The notes beneath the pieces were generated by a model, which searched no databases, was not told the origin of the DNA, and was given only the letters and a program-made list of their open reading frames with translations. The position numbers were made by a program, and so were the translations under genes. Shown piece by piece: positions 1 through 10,171 of a stretch of DNA of 26,840 nucleotides; position 1 is the stretch's first letter, and each line of letters opens with the position of its first letter. Source of the stretch: Snowella sp. (lineage in GTDB: Bacteria; Cyanobacteriota; Cyanobacteriia; Cyanobacteriales; Microcystaceae); the NCBI GenBank assembly GCA_035285545.1, contig JAYKGY010000120.1:1-26840 (forward strand), read 5' to 3'.

Positions 1-121
1 AATCGTTTCCGAGGCATCCTTATTCGATGGGCCAAATCTTCTCAATCCTACTTGGGCTTTATTCAGATTGCTGCTTGTTTGATCATCGGCCGCAAACTTC
101 TCACATTTTTCGGATAGGTTC
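1..121 (+). mobile_element. Right end of an IS5-family insertion sequence (partial): transposase C-terminus (1-117) plus terminal inverted repeat, followed by TAA target site (122-124)
   Basis: Frame +1 reads NRFRGILIRWAKSSQSYLGFIQIAACLIIGRKLLTFFG*, typical of IS5-family DDE transposase C-termini, with the stop inside the terminal repeat. Bases 1-122 are the exact reverse complement of 26719-26840. Confidence 0.85.
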
Positions 122-162
122 TAAGCCCTTAGTGATAAAACACAGAATCGGGGGAGAAAAAA

Positions 163-1176
163 TTAAGGATCTAAAAATACCGTTTGACCTTGCTTAAAGG
201 ATTGATAAGCGGCTTCGGCAACTTTGAGGGCATATAAACTGGCTTCAGGCTTGACGTAAAGGGGCGTTCCGTCAAACAAATGATCCAAGACTTTTTGGGT
301 ATCCAGCACAAATAATCCCCGACGGCTACCGACTTCGAGTTCTATGACTTCCTCATTTCTAATTAATTTGCCTTGTTCTCCATCAAAGTGCAAGGTTCCG
401 CGATCGCCATTTAAGACAAAGCTGCGATCGCCACTCCAAAAGACTTCCCCCTTACCGTAGATACTATCGGCCATCAACCCATTCTGAAACTGCAACTGAG
501 CATTACACAAACAAGCACGAAAATAACCCTGTTCAGGCGTATCCCAAAAACGGGCTTGACAGGTTACCGCAGTGACTGGGCCAAACAAATCCGTAAAACG
601 ATGAAGACGGGAAAGGGCAGCCGTTAAGGGAAAACCAAAATACTCATGATGATATGTCCAACGACGAGGGGCAGGATTTTGGGGCATAATCGTGGCGTAG
701 CGGGCATAAAACACCTCACCAATTTCGGGAAGATAGCGACGCATAGCCTGGTGTAGCCCTCCCAAAATTTCAATATGCTCAACGTGAAGTAATTTTTGTT
801 GCTTTTTGGCGAGTTCTAAGAGTTCTTTCCCTACTTGATAATCCAATGCCAAAGGATATTCCAAAACAACGTGCTTTCCCGACTCTAGGGCTGCCCGTGC
901 AATCAAACCATGATCGCGATTGATAGTACCAATCATGACTAAATCAATCTCAGGATGATTTACCAACTGTTGCCAAGAGGTCAAGGCCGAAATGCCAAAG
1001 GTTTGACAAAATTGCTCCGTTTTCTCAGGCGTATTTCCCGTCACATAACATAATTGGCTACGTTTATCGGCTTGAACGGCTTCGGCGCGACGTTGACAGG
1101 CATAACCTGTACCGACAATACCTACTTTCAGGGGAGAGGTTACAGCAAAAGGTTGAGAAATAACAGGAGAATTCAT
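163..1176 (-). CDS. bvdR: Biliverdin reductase (Gfo/Idh/MocA family oxidoreductase)
   Basis: Rossmann motif VGIVGTGY, GKHVVLEYP, APRRWTYH and VGSRRGLF; closely resembles Synechocystis BvdR as recalled. Confidence 0.88.
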   Translation of the reverse strand: MNSPVISQPFAVTSPLKVGIVGTGYACQRRAEAVQADKRSQLCYVTGNTPEKTEQFCQTFGISALTSWQQLVNHPEIDLVMIGTINRDHGLIARAALESGKHVVLEYPLALDYQVGKELLELAKKQQKLLHVEHIEILGGLHQAMRRYLPEIGEVFYARYATIMPQNPAPRRWTYHHEYFGFPLTAALSRLHRFTDLFGPVTAVTCQARFWDTPEQGYFRACLCNAQLQFQNGLMADSIYGKGEVFWSGDRSFVLNGDRGTLHFDGEQGKLIRNEEVIELEVGSRRGLFVLDTQKVLDHLFDGTPLYVKPEASLYALKVAEAAYQSFKQGQTVFLDP

Positions 1177-1189
1177 AGCAAATTTTTAA

Positions 1190-1762
1190 TTAAAACTCAA
1201 TGCTTTCATACAGATCTGCCAATAAGCATTGAAAAGGAATTGAATTTAAAATGATTTGATCTTCTAGATGATTATACTCTGAAAAAATCCATTGATTTGC
1301 TGCTTTTTTGGAATAATGCTCAACCTGTAAACGATACTGATCAATTAATAAATATTCCTGAAAACTCTCAATGCTGCGATAGGCTGCAAATTTTTCATCC
1401 CGATCATAGGCTTTTGTACTGTTAGAAAGTATTTCGACAATGAGAAGGGGATTTACAATTGTATCTGCTCGTCCTGATTGTAATGCCAAGGGACGTTTAA
1501 CTACCATCACGTCTGGATAGGTATAAAGATTCAAGGCGAGAATCCAAACCCGTTGATCCGCAATAAAAATACTATAGGGTTGTTGTCGTAGGCTGATTCT
1601 TAATAAGGCATTGAAAATACTGGCCAGTTCATTATGATTCGGTGTTCCTCCCGTCACGGGAATAATCTCTCCGTTAATAAATTCATGGCGTTCTGGGGAA
1701 TTACACTCCCAAGTTAAATAATCTTCAGCGGTATGAATTTTTTTCTCAGCCTGAGCAATCAT
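1190..1762 (-). CDS. Uma2 (DUF820) family putative PD-(D/E)XK endonuclease
   Basis: RHEFINGEI..GGTPNHN, YPDVMV, PLLIVEILSNST..YDRDEKF..Y and EYLLIDQ motifs. Start placed at ATG 1762 (MIAQAEKK); the ORF extends to 1801. Confidence 0.9.
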   Translation of the reverse strand: MIAQAEKKIHTAEDYLTWECNSPERHEFINGEIIPVTGGTPNHNELASIFNALLRISLRQQPYSIFIADQRVWILALNLYTYPDVMVVKRPLALQSGRADTIVNPLLIVEILSNSTKAYDRDEKFAAYRSIESFQEYLLIDQYRLQVEHYSKKAANQWIFSEYNHLEDQIILNSIPFQCLLADLYESIEF

Positions 1763-1816
1763 TGAAGCCTTCTCGCATGATTCAATTGCATTCTGTTTCA
1801 ATTTTAGGCAAAAAGT

Positions 1817-2287
1817 TTAATGTTGATGGTGCGATTGATGATGACTCGCGTGGGAATCGTAGGCTCCTGATTCGGGCTGGAAAGGTAAAATTTCCTCTTG
1901 AACTTCGACCCCTAAATGGATCAGCATTTCGGCTAACACAGGATCGGGTTTTAATCGCAGATAGTCGAGCGTAATTTCTACAGGAACGTGGCGATTTCCT
2001 AAATGGTAAGCCGCCTTGAGTAGGGTCAATGGATTTGCGGCAGTAACGGTTAAAACGGGTTCAGGCTTGGCGACTATTTCAATCAATTCACCACTTTCTG
2101 CTTCTAATATATCCCCACTGTGAAGCACGGTTCCCCTGGGTAATCGAAAAAAGAATGCTTGCCCATCGGCGGTATCAAAACGATAGCGGCTGCGGGTTCG
2201 TTCTTCTGCGGTTAGAGATAGGGTTAGTAAGGTTTTTAGAGAGGAATCGGCGATCGCGTGGGGAATCCGTTTGATAAAAATAAGCAT
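1817..2287 (-). CDS. ureE: Urease accessory nickel metallochaperone UreE
   Basis: [29 protein letters not shown] and a His-rich C-terminal tail. Confidence 0.95.
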   Translation of the reverse strand: MLIFIKRIPHAIADSSLKTLLTLSLTAEERTRSRYRFDTADGQAFFFRLPRGTVLHSGDILEAESGELIEIVAKPEPVLTVTAANPLTLLKAAYHLGNRHVPVEITLDYLRLKPDPVLAEMLIHLGVEVQEEILPFQPESGAYDSHASHHQSHHQH

Positions 2288-2294
2288 TAACTTG

Positions 2295-2324
2295 AATAGT
2301 TAATAGTTAATAGTTAATAGTTAA
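2295..2324. repeat. Heptamer tandem repeat (AATAGTT)x4, cyanobacterial STRR-type
   Basis: aatagtt repeated four times, followed by aa, immediately upstream of the ureE start. Confidence 0.9.
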
Positions 2325-2380
2325 CCAGATTGATAATTAGAGAGAAATAAAGGAATTAAGCGGAAGTAATACTATAAGAC

Positions 2381-2869
2381 TTATCGTTTTTGTTGCTGAC
2401 GAATTTGAATAATGGCGTTCTGGATACGTTTTCTGAGATCGAGATTCGTTTTTGTTTCATCGGTAATAGCGTTAAACTCAGAAGATTTTAAACCACTATC
2501 TTTAGTAATCTTGATGGATTTATTGCAAAAATCCACCGCAATTTTTTGAGCATCATTCGGTAACTTTTTGAGGGAATCTCGTTTATTGCAAGAGATCGGT
2601 GGAGGGGTCGTTCCTAAAAGTTTCTGAATTCTTTGATAGGCAGATTTCCGTTCAACCTCAATTGCTAGAACTGCTTTTGCATACTGATTAATTTGAGTTT
2701 GGCTAAATTCTTGAGTATAGGCAGAAAAACTGAAAATTAAACCCGATGGGTTCCAAGCAATTTCAGGTATAATACCGCAAAGAATCCCGATGACGGCTAG
2801 TGAATTGATAATAAAAAATCGACTAAATGTTTTATTCAAGTCAGATAGGGAACGGGAAAGAAAGGTCAT
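2381..2869 (-). CDS. DUF4168 domain-containing exported protein
   Basis: Hydrophobic N-terminal segment, then QINQYAKAVLAIE..R and FCN.S..I....GL...EFNAIT. Start placed at ATG 2869, because the longer ORF (to 3064) would overlap rsmH. Confidence 0.7.
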   Translation of the reverse strand: MTFLSRSLSDLNKTFSRFFIINSLAVIGILCGIIPEIAWNPSGLIFSFSAYTQEFSQTQINQYAKAVLAIEVERKSAYQRIQKLLGTTPPPISCNKRDSLKKLPNDAQKIAVDFCNKSIKITKDSGLKSSEFNAITDETKTNLDLRKRIQNAIIQIRQQQKR

Positions 2870-3016
2870 GCGCGTTAATCGCCAAATTTGTAATAAAACT
2901 GGAATTCTATTGAGGTTTTCTTTTTGTATTTGAATTATTTTTAGCCTTACAAGTTCCTGAAAATGATCCATTCTTTTTAATTTTCTTGCTTTTTCCTCCT
3001 TTAGGATTATTTCTTG

Positions 3017-3913
3017 ATGAGCAATTTTATTTCCTCTGAAAAAGAAGTCTCGGCCTTCTCCCATGTTCCCGTTCTTCCCCAGGAGTTAATTTTGGGTTTA
3101 TCGGTTTCGCCAGAAGGTCATTATTTAGATGCGACGGTGGGGGGAGGCGGTCACAGTCAACTCATTTTAGCAATTTTCCCTTCTGTGAGAGTGACGGCGA
3201 TTGACCGAGATAGTCAGGCGATCGCGGCGGCTAAAGGGAAATTAAGCGGATACGGTGATACAAGGATTTCGTTTTGGCAAGGGAATTTTGCCGATTACAG
3301 TGCGGCTCCGGCAACTTTCGATGGTATTATTGCGGATCTCGGCGTGAGTTCTCCCCAATTGGATCAGGCAGAGCGGGGGTTTAGCTTTCGGCTGGATGCT
3401 CCCTTGGATATGCGGATGGATTGCAGTCAGTCCTTAACGGCAGCAGAGATTATTAATCATTGGGATGAAACAACGTTAGCCAAAATCTTTTTTGAATACG
3501 GAGAAGAGCGGTTATCGCGACGCATTGCCCGCCAAATTGTTCAGAATCGTCCTTTTCATTCCACCTTAGAACTCGCTGACGCGATCGCCCGTTGTGTTCC
3601 AGGCAAATATCGTCATGGGCGCATCCATCCCGCCACCCGAACGTTTCAAGGCTTACGGATTGCCGTTAATGATGAACTGGGTTCTATTGAACGGTTTATA
3701 GAACAGGCTCCCCACTGGCTCAAACCCAACGGCAAAATCGGCATTATTAGTTTTCATAGCCTAGAGGATCGCATTGTCAAACATCGTTTTCGAGAGTCGC
3801 CCTTACTCAAAGTGATTACCAAGAAACCTATTATGGCTCAACCCGAAGAACAGGATAGCAACCCCCGTTCCCGTTCCGCGAAATTACGGTTTGCTGAGCG
3901 AGCAATGGATTAA
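3017..3913 (+). CDS. rsmH: 16S rRNA m4C1402 methyltransferase RsmH (MraW)
   Basis: [60 protein letters not shown] and [10 protein letters not shown]. Confidence 0.97.
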   Translation: MSNFISSEKEVSAFSHVPVLPQELILGLSVSPEGHYLDATVGGGGHSQLILAIFPSVRVTAIDRDSQAIAAAKGKLSGYGDTRISFWQGNFADYSAAPATFDGIIADLGVSSPQLDQAERGFSFRLDAPLDMRMDCSQSLTAAEIINHWDETTLAKIFFEYGEERLSRRIARQIVQNRPFHSTLELADAIARCVPGKYRHGRIHPATRTFQGLRIAVNDELGSIERFIEQAPHWLKPNGKIGIISFHSLEDRIVKHRFRESPLLKVITKKPIMAQPEEQDSNPRSRSAKLRFAERAMD

Positions 3914-5025
3914 AATCGGGATGGGCTGAGATAAGATTTCAATTCCTGACAGCGTTCTTTCAGGACTTTTTGGGGATTATTTAAAGCTTCTTGGATTGAG
4001 GTTTGGGGAGTAACTAAGGTCATAATTTTTTCAATGCCAGGATAGGCATCAAAGGCCGTGTTACCGACGAGCAAAATCAATCGTTTTTGATACTTTTGGG
4101 CCAAGGCTAGAACCCCAGAAACCACTTTTCCCTGTAAGGATTGGTGGTCAAAATACCCTTCTCCCGTAATCACCACGTCACTGGCTCGAATTTTGGCTTC
4201 TAACCCTGTGAGTTCTGCGATCCGTTCAATCCCTCGACTCAGTTGGGCGTTAAATCCTAATTTTGCCCCTGCCCCTAACCCGCCTGCGGCTCCGGCTCCT
4301 GCAAAGTTCAAATCAAGGTCAAACTGTTGTTCAACGATTTGGGCAAAGTGTTGTAGTCCCTGATCCAGTTCTCTTACCATGTCTGCATTTGCACCTTTTT
4401 GAGGGCCGAAAACCGCGATCGCGCCCTTGGGGCCATAGAGGGGATTGGTAACATCACACCAGACCTCCACACCTTGTTCGGCAATTGGTAAGGGATTAGG
4501 CGGGACAATGCGTTGAATACGGGCTAATTGATTGCCCCCGAAACTTAGGGGTTGACCGAAGGAATCGAGAAACTGCCAGCCCAAGGCCATTAACATTCCG
4601 ACCCCTGCATCATTCGTCGCTGACCCCCCGATCGCTAAATCAATTTTCTTGGCTCCTCGATTGAGGGCATCGGCGATTAACTCTCCTGTCCCGTAGGTCG
4701 TCGTTAAGGCCGGATTACGCTCGGTTTCAGTGAGAAGGGTCAAACCGCTAGCCTGGGCCATTTCAATAAACGCTGTTTGGGTTGCTGTGAACCAGAGATA
4801 ATGGGCTTTAATTCGTTGCTGGGGTAAGGGGCCCATAACCGTTTGTTCAATCCACTGGGCATCGGGTAAACAATCGGCGATCGCCGCTAAAGTTCCTTCT
4901 CCGCCATCGGCCAGGGGGTGGGATAGGACAGTAAACTCTGGCCCTAAGGTTTCCTGAACGTGTTGGCAAATGTCAGCAGCCGATAACGTGCCTTTAAAGG
5001 AATCCGGTGCGACTAAGATATTCAT
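3910..5025 (-). CDS. glxK: Glycerate kinase (GlxK/GarK family)
   Basis: [46 protein letters not shown] and VITGEG..D.QS..GK. Start placed at ATG 5025. Confidence 0.9.
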   Translation of the reverse strand: MNILVAPDSFKGTLSAADICQHVQETLGPEFTVLSHPLADGGEGTLAAIADCLPDAQWIEQTVMGPLPQQRIKAHYLWFTATQTAFIEMAQASGLTLLTETERNPALTTTYGTGELIADALNRGAKKIDLAIGGSATNDAGVGMLMALGWQFLDSFGQPLSFGGNQLARIQRIVPPNPLPIAEQGVEVWCDVTNPLYGPKGAIAVFGPQKGANADMVRELDQGLQHFAQIVEQQFDLDLNFAGAGAAGGLGAGAKLGFNAQLSRGIERIAELTGLEAKIRASDVVITGEGYFDHQSLQGKVVSGVLALAQKYQKRLILLVGNTAFDAYPGIEKIMTLVTPQTSIQEALNNPQKVLKERCQELKSYLSPSRF

Positions 5026-5249
5026 CAATACGACGGGCTGTAAAACTTGGGTTAAGATAGGGAGTAATCCCAAAATTACCTGACTCGCAATCCGCAACGA
5101 TGTTTCAAGAAAGTTGTTGATCGCGATTTTTTCAGGAAAAATACACCAGAGTTCGGGTTAAACTCTATCAATCGGACGTAAATGATATTCTTAAAGGCTA
5201 TAAATCCTTGGCAAGTTCTGATACTGGCGGTATTAAGGCAGCGATCGCG

Positions 5250-6098
5250 ATGAATTCTGACCGATTTCGGATTAAATTTTGGGGCGTGAGAGGAAGTATT
5301 CCTTGCCCAGGACAGGAAACTGTTCGCTACGGTGGCAATACCTCTTGCGTAGAAATGCAAGTCGGTCAAGAACGGTTAATTTTCGATGGCGGCACAGGAT
5401 TGCGGCTACTGGGAGAATCGATGTTAACCGAGATGCCCATTGAAGCCCATCTTTTCTTTAGTCATACCCATTGGGATCATATTCAAGGATTTCCCTTTTT
5501 TACACCGGCTTTCAAGCGAGACAATATTTTCCATATTTACGGGCTGCCTGCCCCAAACGGTGCGACCATTAAGCAACGACTCCATGATCAAATGCTCCAT
5601 CCCAATTTTCCGGTTCCGTTGCAGATTATGCAGGGAGGGCTGAAATTTTACGATTTAGAACTAGGAGAAGTGATTGAAATAGGAGCAGTACGCATTGAAA
5701 CGGGACGGCTTAATCACCCAGGAGAGGCGGTGGGTTACCGAGTCAGTTGGAAAAATCTGTCCGTTGCCTTTATCACCGATACCGAACATTTTCCAGATCA
5801 TTTAGATCAACACGTCTTACGTCTAGCCCGACAAGCCGATGTGCTGATTATCGATTCAACCTATACCGATGCGGAATATTACGATACCACCCATAGCAAA
5901 GTGGGTTGGGGTCATTCCACTTGGCAAGAAGCCGTGAAGATCGCTAAAGCTGCCCAGGTCAAACAACTCGTTTTGTTTCACCATGATCCCTCCCATACCG
6001 ATGACCAATTAGACGCGATCGCGCAAGAATCCGCCTTGGCTTTTCCAAATACCGTAATGGCCCAAGAAGGCTTAATCATTGAACTGTCTCCTGATTAA
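5250..6098 (+). CDS. MBL-fold metallo-hydrolase (RNase Z/phosphodiesterase-like)
   Basis: FWGVRGSIP, YGGNTSCV, SHTHWDHIQG (HxHxDH), TDTEH, GWGHS and FHHDP. The start could be 5208 (TTG) or 5250 (ATG). Confidence 0.85.
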   Translation: MNSDRFRIKFWGVRGSIPCPGQETVRYGGNTSCVEMQVGQERLIFDGGTGLRLLGESMLTEMPIEAHLFFSHTHWDHIQGFPFFTPAFKRDNIFHIYGLPAPNGATIKQRLHDQMLHPNFPVPLQIMQGGLKFYDLELGEVIEIGAVRIETGRLNHPGEAVGYRVSWKNLSVAFITDTEHFPDHLDQHVLRLARQADVLIIDSTYTDAEYYDTTHSKVGWGHSTWQEAVKIAKAAQVKQLVLFHHDPSHTDDQLDAIAQESALAFPNTVMAQEGLIIELSPD

Positions 6099-6114
6099 GG
6101 ATCAAGATCGGTGT

Positions 6115-6609
6115 TTAGAAGGGAATTTCATCAAGGTCGGCATCGCTTAAAGCAGGAACGGGATCGGCGGAACGGGGCCAATCCTCTTCTTCCCCAACCG
6201 TTGTTTTGGTGGTGGATTTGTAGCTGTCTAATTGAATGACGTTTTGAGGTTCTTTATTCGTGGTTACGGTAACCCGTTCTCGGACAACTTGACTGCCCAC
6301 TGTCCCACCGTCTAGGCGATGAATGCGGGCCGCAACGAGTTCAGCCCGTTTTTCCTTAAAGCCTTCGGGCCGTTCGAGCATTTGCATATTTAACCGCCCT
6401 TCAATAATTAGGCGATCGCCTTCGTTGTAGGATTGCTGAATCTCCGTCGCTAAATTTCCCCAACCGATCACTTTGAGGGTCGCCGGTGGATCTTCAGGTT
6501 TTCCGTTTTGGAACTCGACGAGCATCTGGGTAACAGGGGTTTGATTATCGGGCGTATAACGTAACTCTGGGCTGCTAATGACGGTAGCCATTAAAATACA
6601 ATTATTCAT
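6115..6609 (-). CDS. ssb: Single-stranded DNA-binding protein (cyanobacterial SSB-like paralogue)
   Basis: PELRYTPD, WGNLA and IEGRL in the OB fold, plus acidic tail DLDEIPF. Confidence 0.88.
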   Translation of the reverse strand: MNNCILMATVISSPELRYTPDNQTPVTQMLVEFQNGKPEDPPATLKVIGWGNLATEIQQSYNEGDRLIIEGRLNMQMLERPEGFKEKRAELVAARIHRLDGGTVGSQVVRERVTVTTNKEPQNVIQLDSYKSTTKTTVGEEEDWPRSADPVPALSDADLDEIPF

Positions 6610-6685
6610 GGTTAATCAAAGCTCCTAATTAATAACGGTTAAATTTACTCTGATTGTTAGAGACGGTTTGCAACGTTTTATTTTT

Positions 6686-6752
6686 CCCCTAAATCCTCCA
6701 ATACTGGGGGACTTGGCAAGATTTTTCCCCAACATTGGGGGGCTAGGGGGGC
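6686..6752. repeat. Short dispersed palindromic repeat (cyanobacterial REP/SDR-like element)
   Basis: CCCCTAAATCCTCCAATACTGGGGGACTT...CCCCAACATTGGGGGGCTAGGGGGGC: two internal hairpins inside C-rich/G-rich outer arms, a pattern recalled from intergenic repeats of Chroococcales/Oscillatoriales. Confidence 0.7.
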
Positions 6753-6793
6753 TTTTCAAACATTACTCTTAATGCAAAATTTCGAGATTTTAA

Positions 6794-9322
6794 TTAGAAA
6801 AAGTTCATGGCATCATTCTGGGAATGGTCAATGAACCTTTGGACTTGAAGACGATAATCTTTTAAATTTTGATCCACCCAATCACGCTCTTCACTATTGG
6901 CATAAATATGCACTAACGGTTCCCCTGCGTCGGGTAAAATCAAAACCCAATTATCATTGTTAGGATTAATAATTTTAACCCCATCTATCAATTCTAAATG
7001 ATGATTCCGATGAATTTCGACCAAATGACGCATTAATGAACCTTTCATTTTCCAAGGACAACGCACCGTACAGGATTTGTGATAAACCCTCGGTAATTCC
7101 GCCCGCACCTGGGCCAGCGATCGCTGCTGTAGGGTCAGCATTTCTACCACCTTGGCAATACTAAACATGGCATCAAAACCAGGGTGAAGTTTGGGAAAAA
7201 TAAAACCCGTTTCTCCACTGCCGCCGATTACCACATTGACATGATTTTGAGCCGCTTCCATTAAAGAGGTTGGATTCGCTTTAGTACGAATGACCTTACC
7301 ATTATAGCGACGGGCTAATTGTTCTACCGCACTTGATGCATGGACAGGAACGACCACCGTACCATTAGAATGCAACGCCAGGGTCATATTCACCATTAAG
7401 GCGGTTAATAATTCCCCCCGAATGGGTAAACCCGATTCATCCACTAAAATTAACTGTTCCCCATTAGCCGATACCTGTACCCCTAAATTGGCTTTCAAGG
7501 CTTCGACCACTTGACCTAATTGATGGAGTAAGGTTTCGCGTTCTTCGTTGGATACGGCAGTTTGACGCAGGCTGGCATTGAGAACCACCGCATCACAACC
7601 AAATTTACTGAGTAATTGGGGTAAAATGGCCCCTGAAACCCCATAAACGTAATCAATAACAATTTTTGCGCCGCCTTTACTGAGAATTTCTTCCTCTAGC
7701 TGGGATTCAAAGGTGGCTCGATAGGTTTCCAACACTTGTGCCGGATAGGACATATCGCCAATATCGGGAATAGAAACTCGTCTGAGGTCTTCTTTAAAGT
7801 AGGAACTTTCAATTTTCTTTTCGGCGGATTTAGAAAGGTTAATGCCCTTACTATCCAAAAATTCAATTAGTAAATATTCAGGGCGATCAGGATGAATGCG
7901 GACATGGATTCCCCCTTCGACTTTTAAATTAGCAATCATGGTGCGGGAAATGGGAATGGCTGTGGCTTCTAGGTTTTGAATATTGACCCCCACTGACATT
8001 AACCCTGCAATCAGCGATCGCGTCACCATACGAGAGACATTGCGTTGATCACGGGAAACCACAATTTCTGTGCCGGTTTTCAGCGTCGAACCGTAAGCGG
8101 CTCCGAGTTTTACCGCAAATTCGGGAGTCATATCAATATTGACAATGCCCGATACTCCCCGTTGTCCAAAGAGATTTCGCTGGGCAATATTTCCCCAAAT
8201 CAGATTGATATTTAAAATCGCTCCTGATTCAACCCGCTTGCTCGGCCAGACTTTCACATTAGAACTGATTTGAGCTTCTTCTCCCACAATGGATAGGGCC
8301 CCAATCACGGCCCCTTCTAAAATATGGGTGCGGCGGTCTATGCGTGCCCCTCTCGCAACGACACAAGCCGACAAAGAGGACTCATCCCCAATCATCACGC
8401 CGTTCCAAATGATCGCCCGCTTAAGGTCTGCCCCTACTCCGATGGTGACGTTATCCCCAACCACTGTTCCCGCATCAAGGCAAACTCCGGCTCCAATACG
8501 ACAATCCGAACCAATCAGAATCGGAGGAATGAGGGTTGCGGTTGAATCAATATAGGTGTTCTCTCCGATCCAAACCCCAGGCGTGATTTCCTCTTGAATA
8601 AAATCTAGGTTTACCCGCCCCTCTAGGGCATCGTATTGGGCTTCTCGATAGGCATCCAAATGACCCACATCGCACCAGTAACCTTCGGCAATGTAGCCAT
8701 ACATCGGTTCGTTTTTTTCTAAAAGCAGGGGAAATAAATCCTTAGAAAAATCGCTTTCTTCGTTGAGGGGTAAATAATTCAAAATTTCGGGTTCTAAAAT
8801 ATAGGTTCCCGTATTCACCGTATCGGAAAAAATTTCACCTGTTGACGGTTTTTCTAAAAAACGACGAATACGTTGTTCTTCATCGGTAATAACGACCCCA
8901 AATTCGATGGGATTCGGGACACGGGTTAAAATTAAGGTTGCTTTGGATTTTTTCTCATGGTGAAAGGCGATCGCGTCGGCTAGGTCAAAATCGGTGATAC
9001 TATCCCCACTGATCACCAAAAAGGTATCATCTAACAATTCTTCAATATTTTTAACGCAACCAGCAGTGCCCAAGGGTTGTTCATCTTCTACGGAATAGGT
9101 CATTTGTACGCCAAACTCCTGACCATCCTGGAAGTAATCCCGCATCACATCGGGCAAAAAATGCAGCGTCGCAATGATTTCTGTAATACTGTAGCGTTTG
9201 AGTAAATTAATAATATGTTCCGCGATCGGTCGATTCAAGATAGGAACCATCGGCTTGGGCAGATCGCAGGTCAACGGGCGCAACCGCGTTCCTGACCCTC
9301 CTGCCATCAGCACTGCACGCAT
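6794..9322 (-). CDS. Mannose-1-phosphate guanylyltransferase with hexapeptide repeats, fused to a phosphohexomutase-like domain
   Basis: MRAVLMAGGSGTRLRPLT..PKPM, EDEQPLGTAG, a left-handed beta-helix region, then an LFGQRGVSG PMM-like domain. Shine-Dalgarno AGGAGGA lies just upstream of ATG 9322. Confidence 0.9.
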   Translation of the reverse strand: MRAVLMAGGSGTRLRPLTCDLPKPMVPILNRPIAEHIINLLKRYSITEIIATLHFLPDVMRDYFQDGQEFGVQMTYSVEDEQPLGTAGCVKNIEELLDDTFLVISGDSITDFDLADAIAFHHEKKSKATLILTRVPNPIEFGVVITDEEQRIRRFLEKPSTGEIFSDTVNTGTYILEPEILNYLPLNEESDFSKDLFPLLLEKNEPMYGYIAEGYWCDVGHLDAYREAQYDALEGRVNLDFIQEEITPGVWIGENTYIDSTATLIPPILIGSDCRIGAGVCLDAGTVVGDNVTIGVGADLKRAIIWNGVMIGDESSLSACVVARGARIDRRTHILEGAVIGALSIVGEEAQISSNVKVWPSKRVESGAILNINLIWGNIAQRNLFGQRGVSGIVNIDMTPEFAVKLGAAYGSTLKTGTEIVVSRDQRNVSRMVTRSLIAGLMSVGVNIQNLEATAIPISRTMIANLKVEGGIHVRIHPDRPEYLLIEFLDSKGINLSKSAEKKIESSYFKEDLRRVSIPDIGDMSYPAQVLETYRATFESQLEEEILSKGGAKIVIDYVYGVSGAILPQLLSKFGCDAVVLNASLRQTAVSNEERETLLHQLGQVVEALKANLGVQVSANGEQLILVDESGLPIRGELLTALMVNMTLALHSNGTVVVPVHASSAVEQLARRYNGKVIRTKANPTSLMEAAQNHVNVVIGGSGETGFIFPKLHPGFDAMFSIAKVVEMLTLQQRSLAQVRAELPRVYHKSCTVRCPWKMKGSLMRHLVEIHRNHHLELIDGVKIINPNNDNWVLILPDAGEPLVHIYANSEERDWVDQNLKDYRLQVQRFIDHSQNDAMNFF

Positions 9323-9397
9323 AATTCCTCCTTGCTTACTGGTAATTACTTTTTCAGTGTAAGCTAGACCTGGCAATATTTTAATTCAGTTTTTGGA

Positions 9398-10171
9398 ATG
9401 GCAGGCCATAGTAAGTGGGCGAATATTAAACGACAAAAAGCCCGTGTTGATGCAAAAAAAGGAAAAACCTTTGCCCAATTATCTCGCGCAATTATCGTTG
9501 CAGCAAGTCAAGGAATCCCCGATCCCGCAGGCAATTTTCAACTCCGCACCGCTATTGAAAAAGCCAAGGCCGCTGGTATTCCCAACGATAATATTGAACG
9601 GGCGATCGCGAAAGGAGCAGGAACCTACAGTGATGGGGCGGCTTTAGAGGCTATTCGCTATGAAGGCTACGGCATGGGCGGCATCGCGATCCTGATTGAA
9701 GCGTTAACGGATAATCGCAATCGAACTGCGGCGGATCTACGGGCAGCTTTTAGTAAGAATAAGGGCAATTTAGGGGAAACAGGCTGTGTGAGTTGGATGT
9801 TTGTCCAAAAAGGAGTGGTTCACCTCGGTGGGCAAATGACAGAAGATGAACTGCTAGAAGCGTCGATTGAAGGGGGAGCCGATAGCTACGAATGGCTAGA
9901 CACGGAAGAAGGGGGAGGTGTGGAAGTTTTTACTGAAGTACCCAATTTAGAAAACCTGAGTCAAACCCTGAAAGCCCAGAACTTTAAAGTAGAAGAAGTC
10001 GAACTGCGTTGGATTCCTGAAAATACGGTCGAAGTAACCGATCTGGATCAAGCGCGATCGCTGCTCAAACTGATTGATACCTTAGAATCTCTGGATGACG
10101 TGCAAAACGTAACCGCAAATTTTGAATTAGCTGAAAGCTTACTCAATGCAAACCCCACACTTTTGCAATAA
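9398..10171 (+). CDS. yebC: YebC/PmpR family protein
   Basis: MAGHSKWANIKRQK, YEGYG, TDNRNRT and LESLDDVQNV. Confidence 0.96.
   Translation: MAGHSKWANIKRQKARVDAKKGKTFAQLSRAIIVAASQGIPDPAGNFQLRTAIEKAKAAGIPNDNIERAIAKGAGTYSDGAALEAIRYEGYGMGGIAILIEALTDNRNRTAADLRAAFSKNKGNLGETGCVSWMFVQKGVVHLGGQMTEDELLEASIEGGADSYEWLDTEEGGGVEVFTEVPNLENLSQTLKAQNFKVEEVELRWIPENTVEVTDLDQARSLLKLIDTLESLDDVQNVTANFELAESLLNANPTLLQ

Noticed and set aside
2295..2324. CRISPR array or other functional repeat array
   Set aside because: Simple heptamer tandem repeat without spacers. No CRISPR repeats, cas genes, tRNA or rRNA were recognised anywhere in the window.
2870..3064. N-terminal extension of the DUF4168 ORF
   Set aside because: AT-rich divergent promoter region overlapping the rsmH start; a later ATG gives a plausible exported protein.
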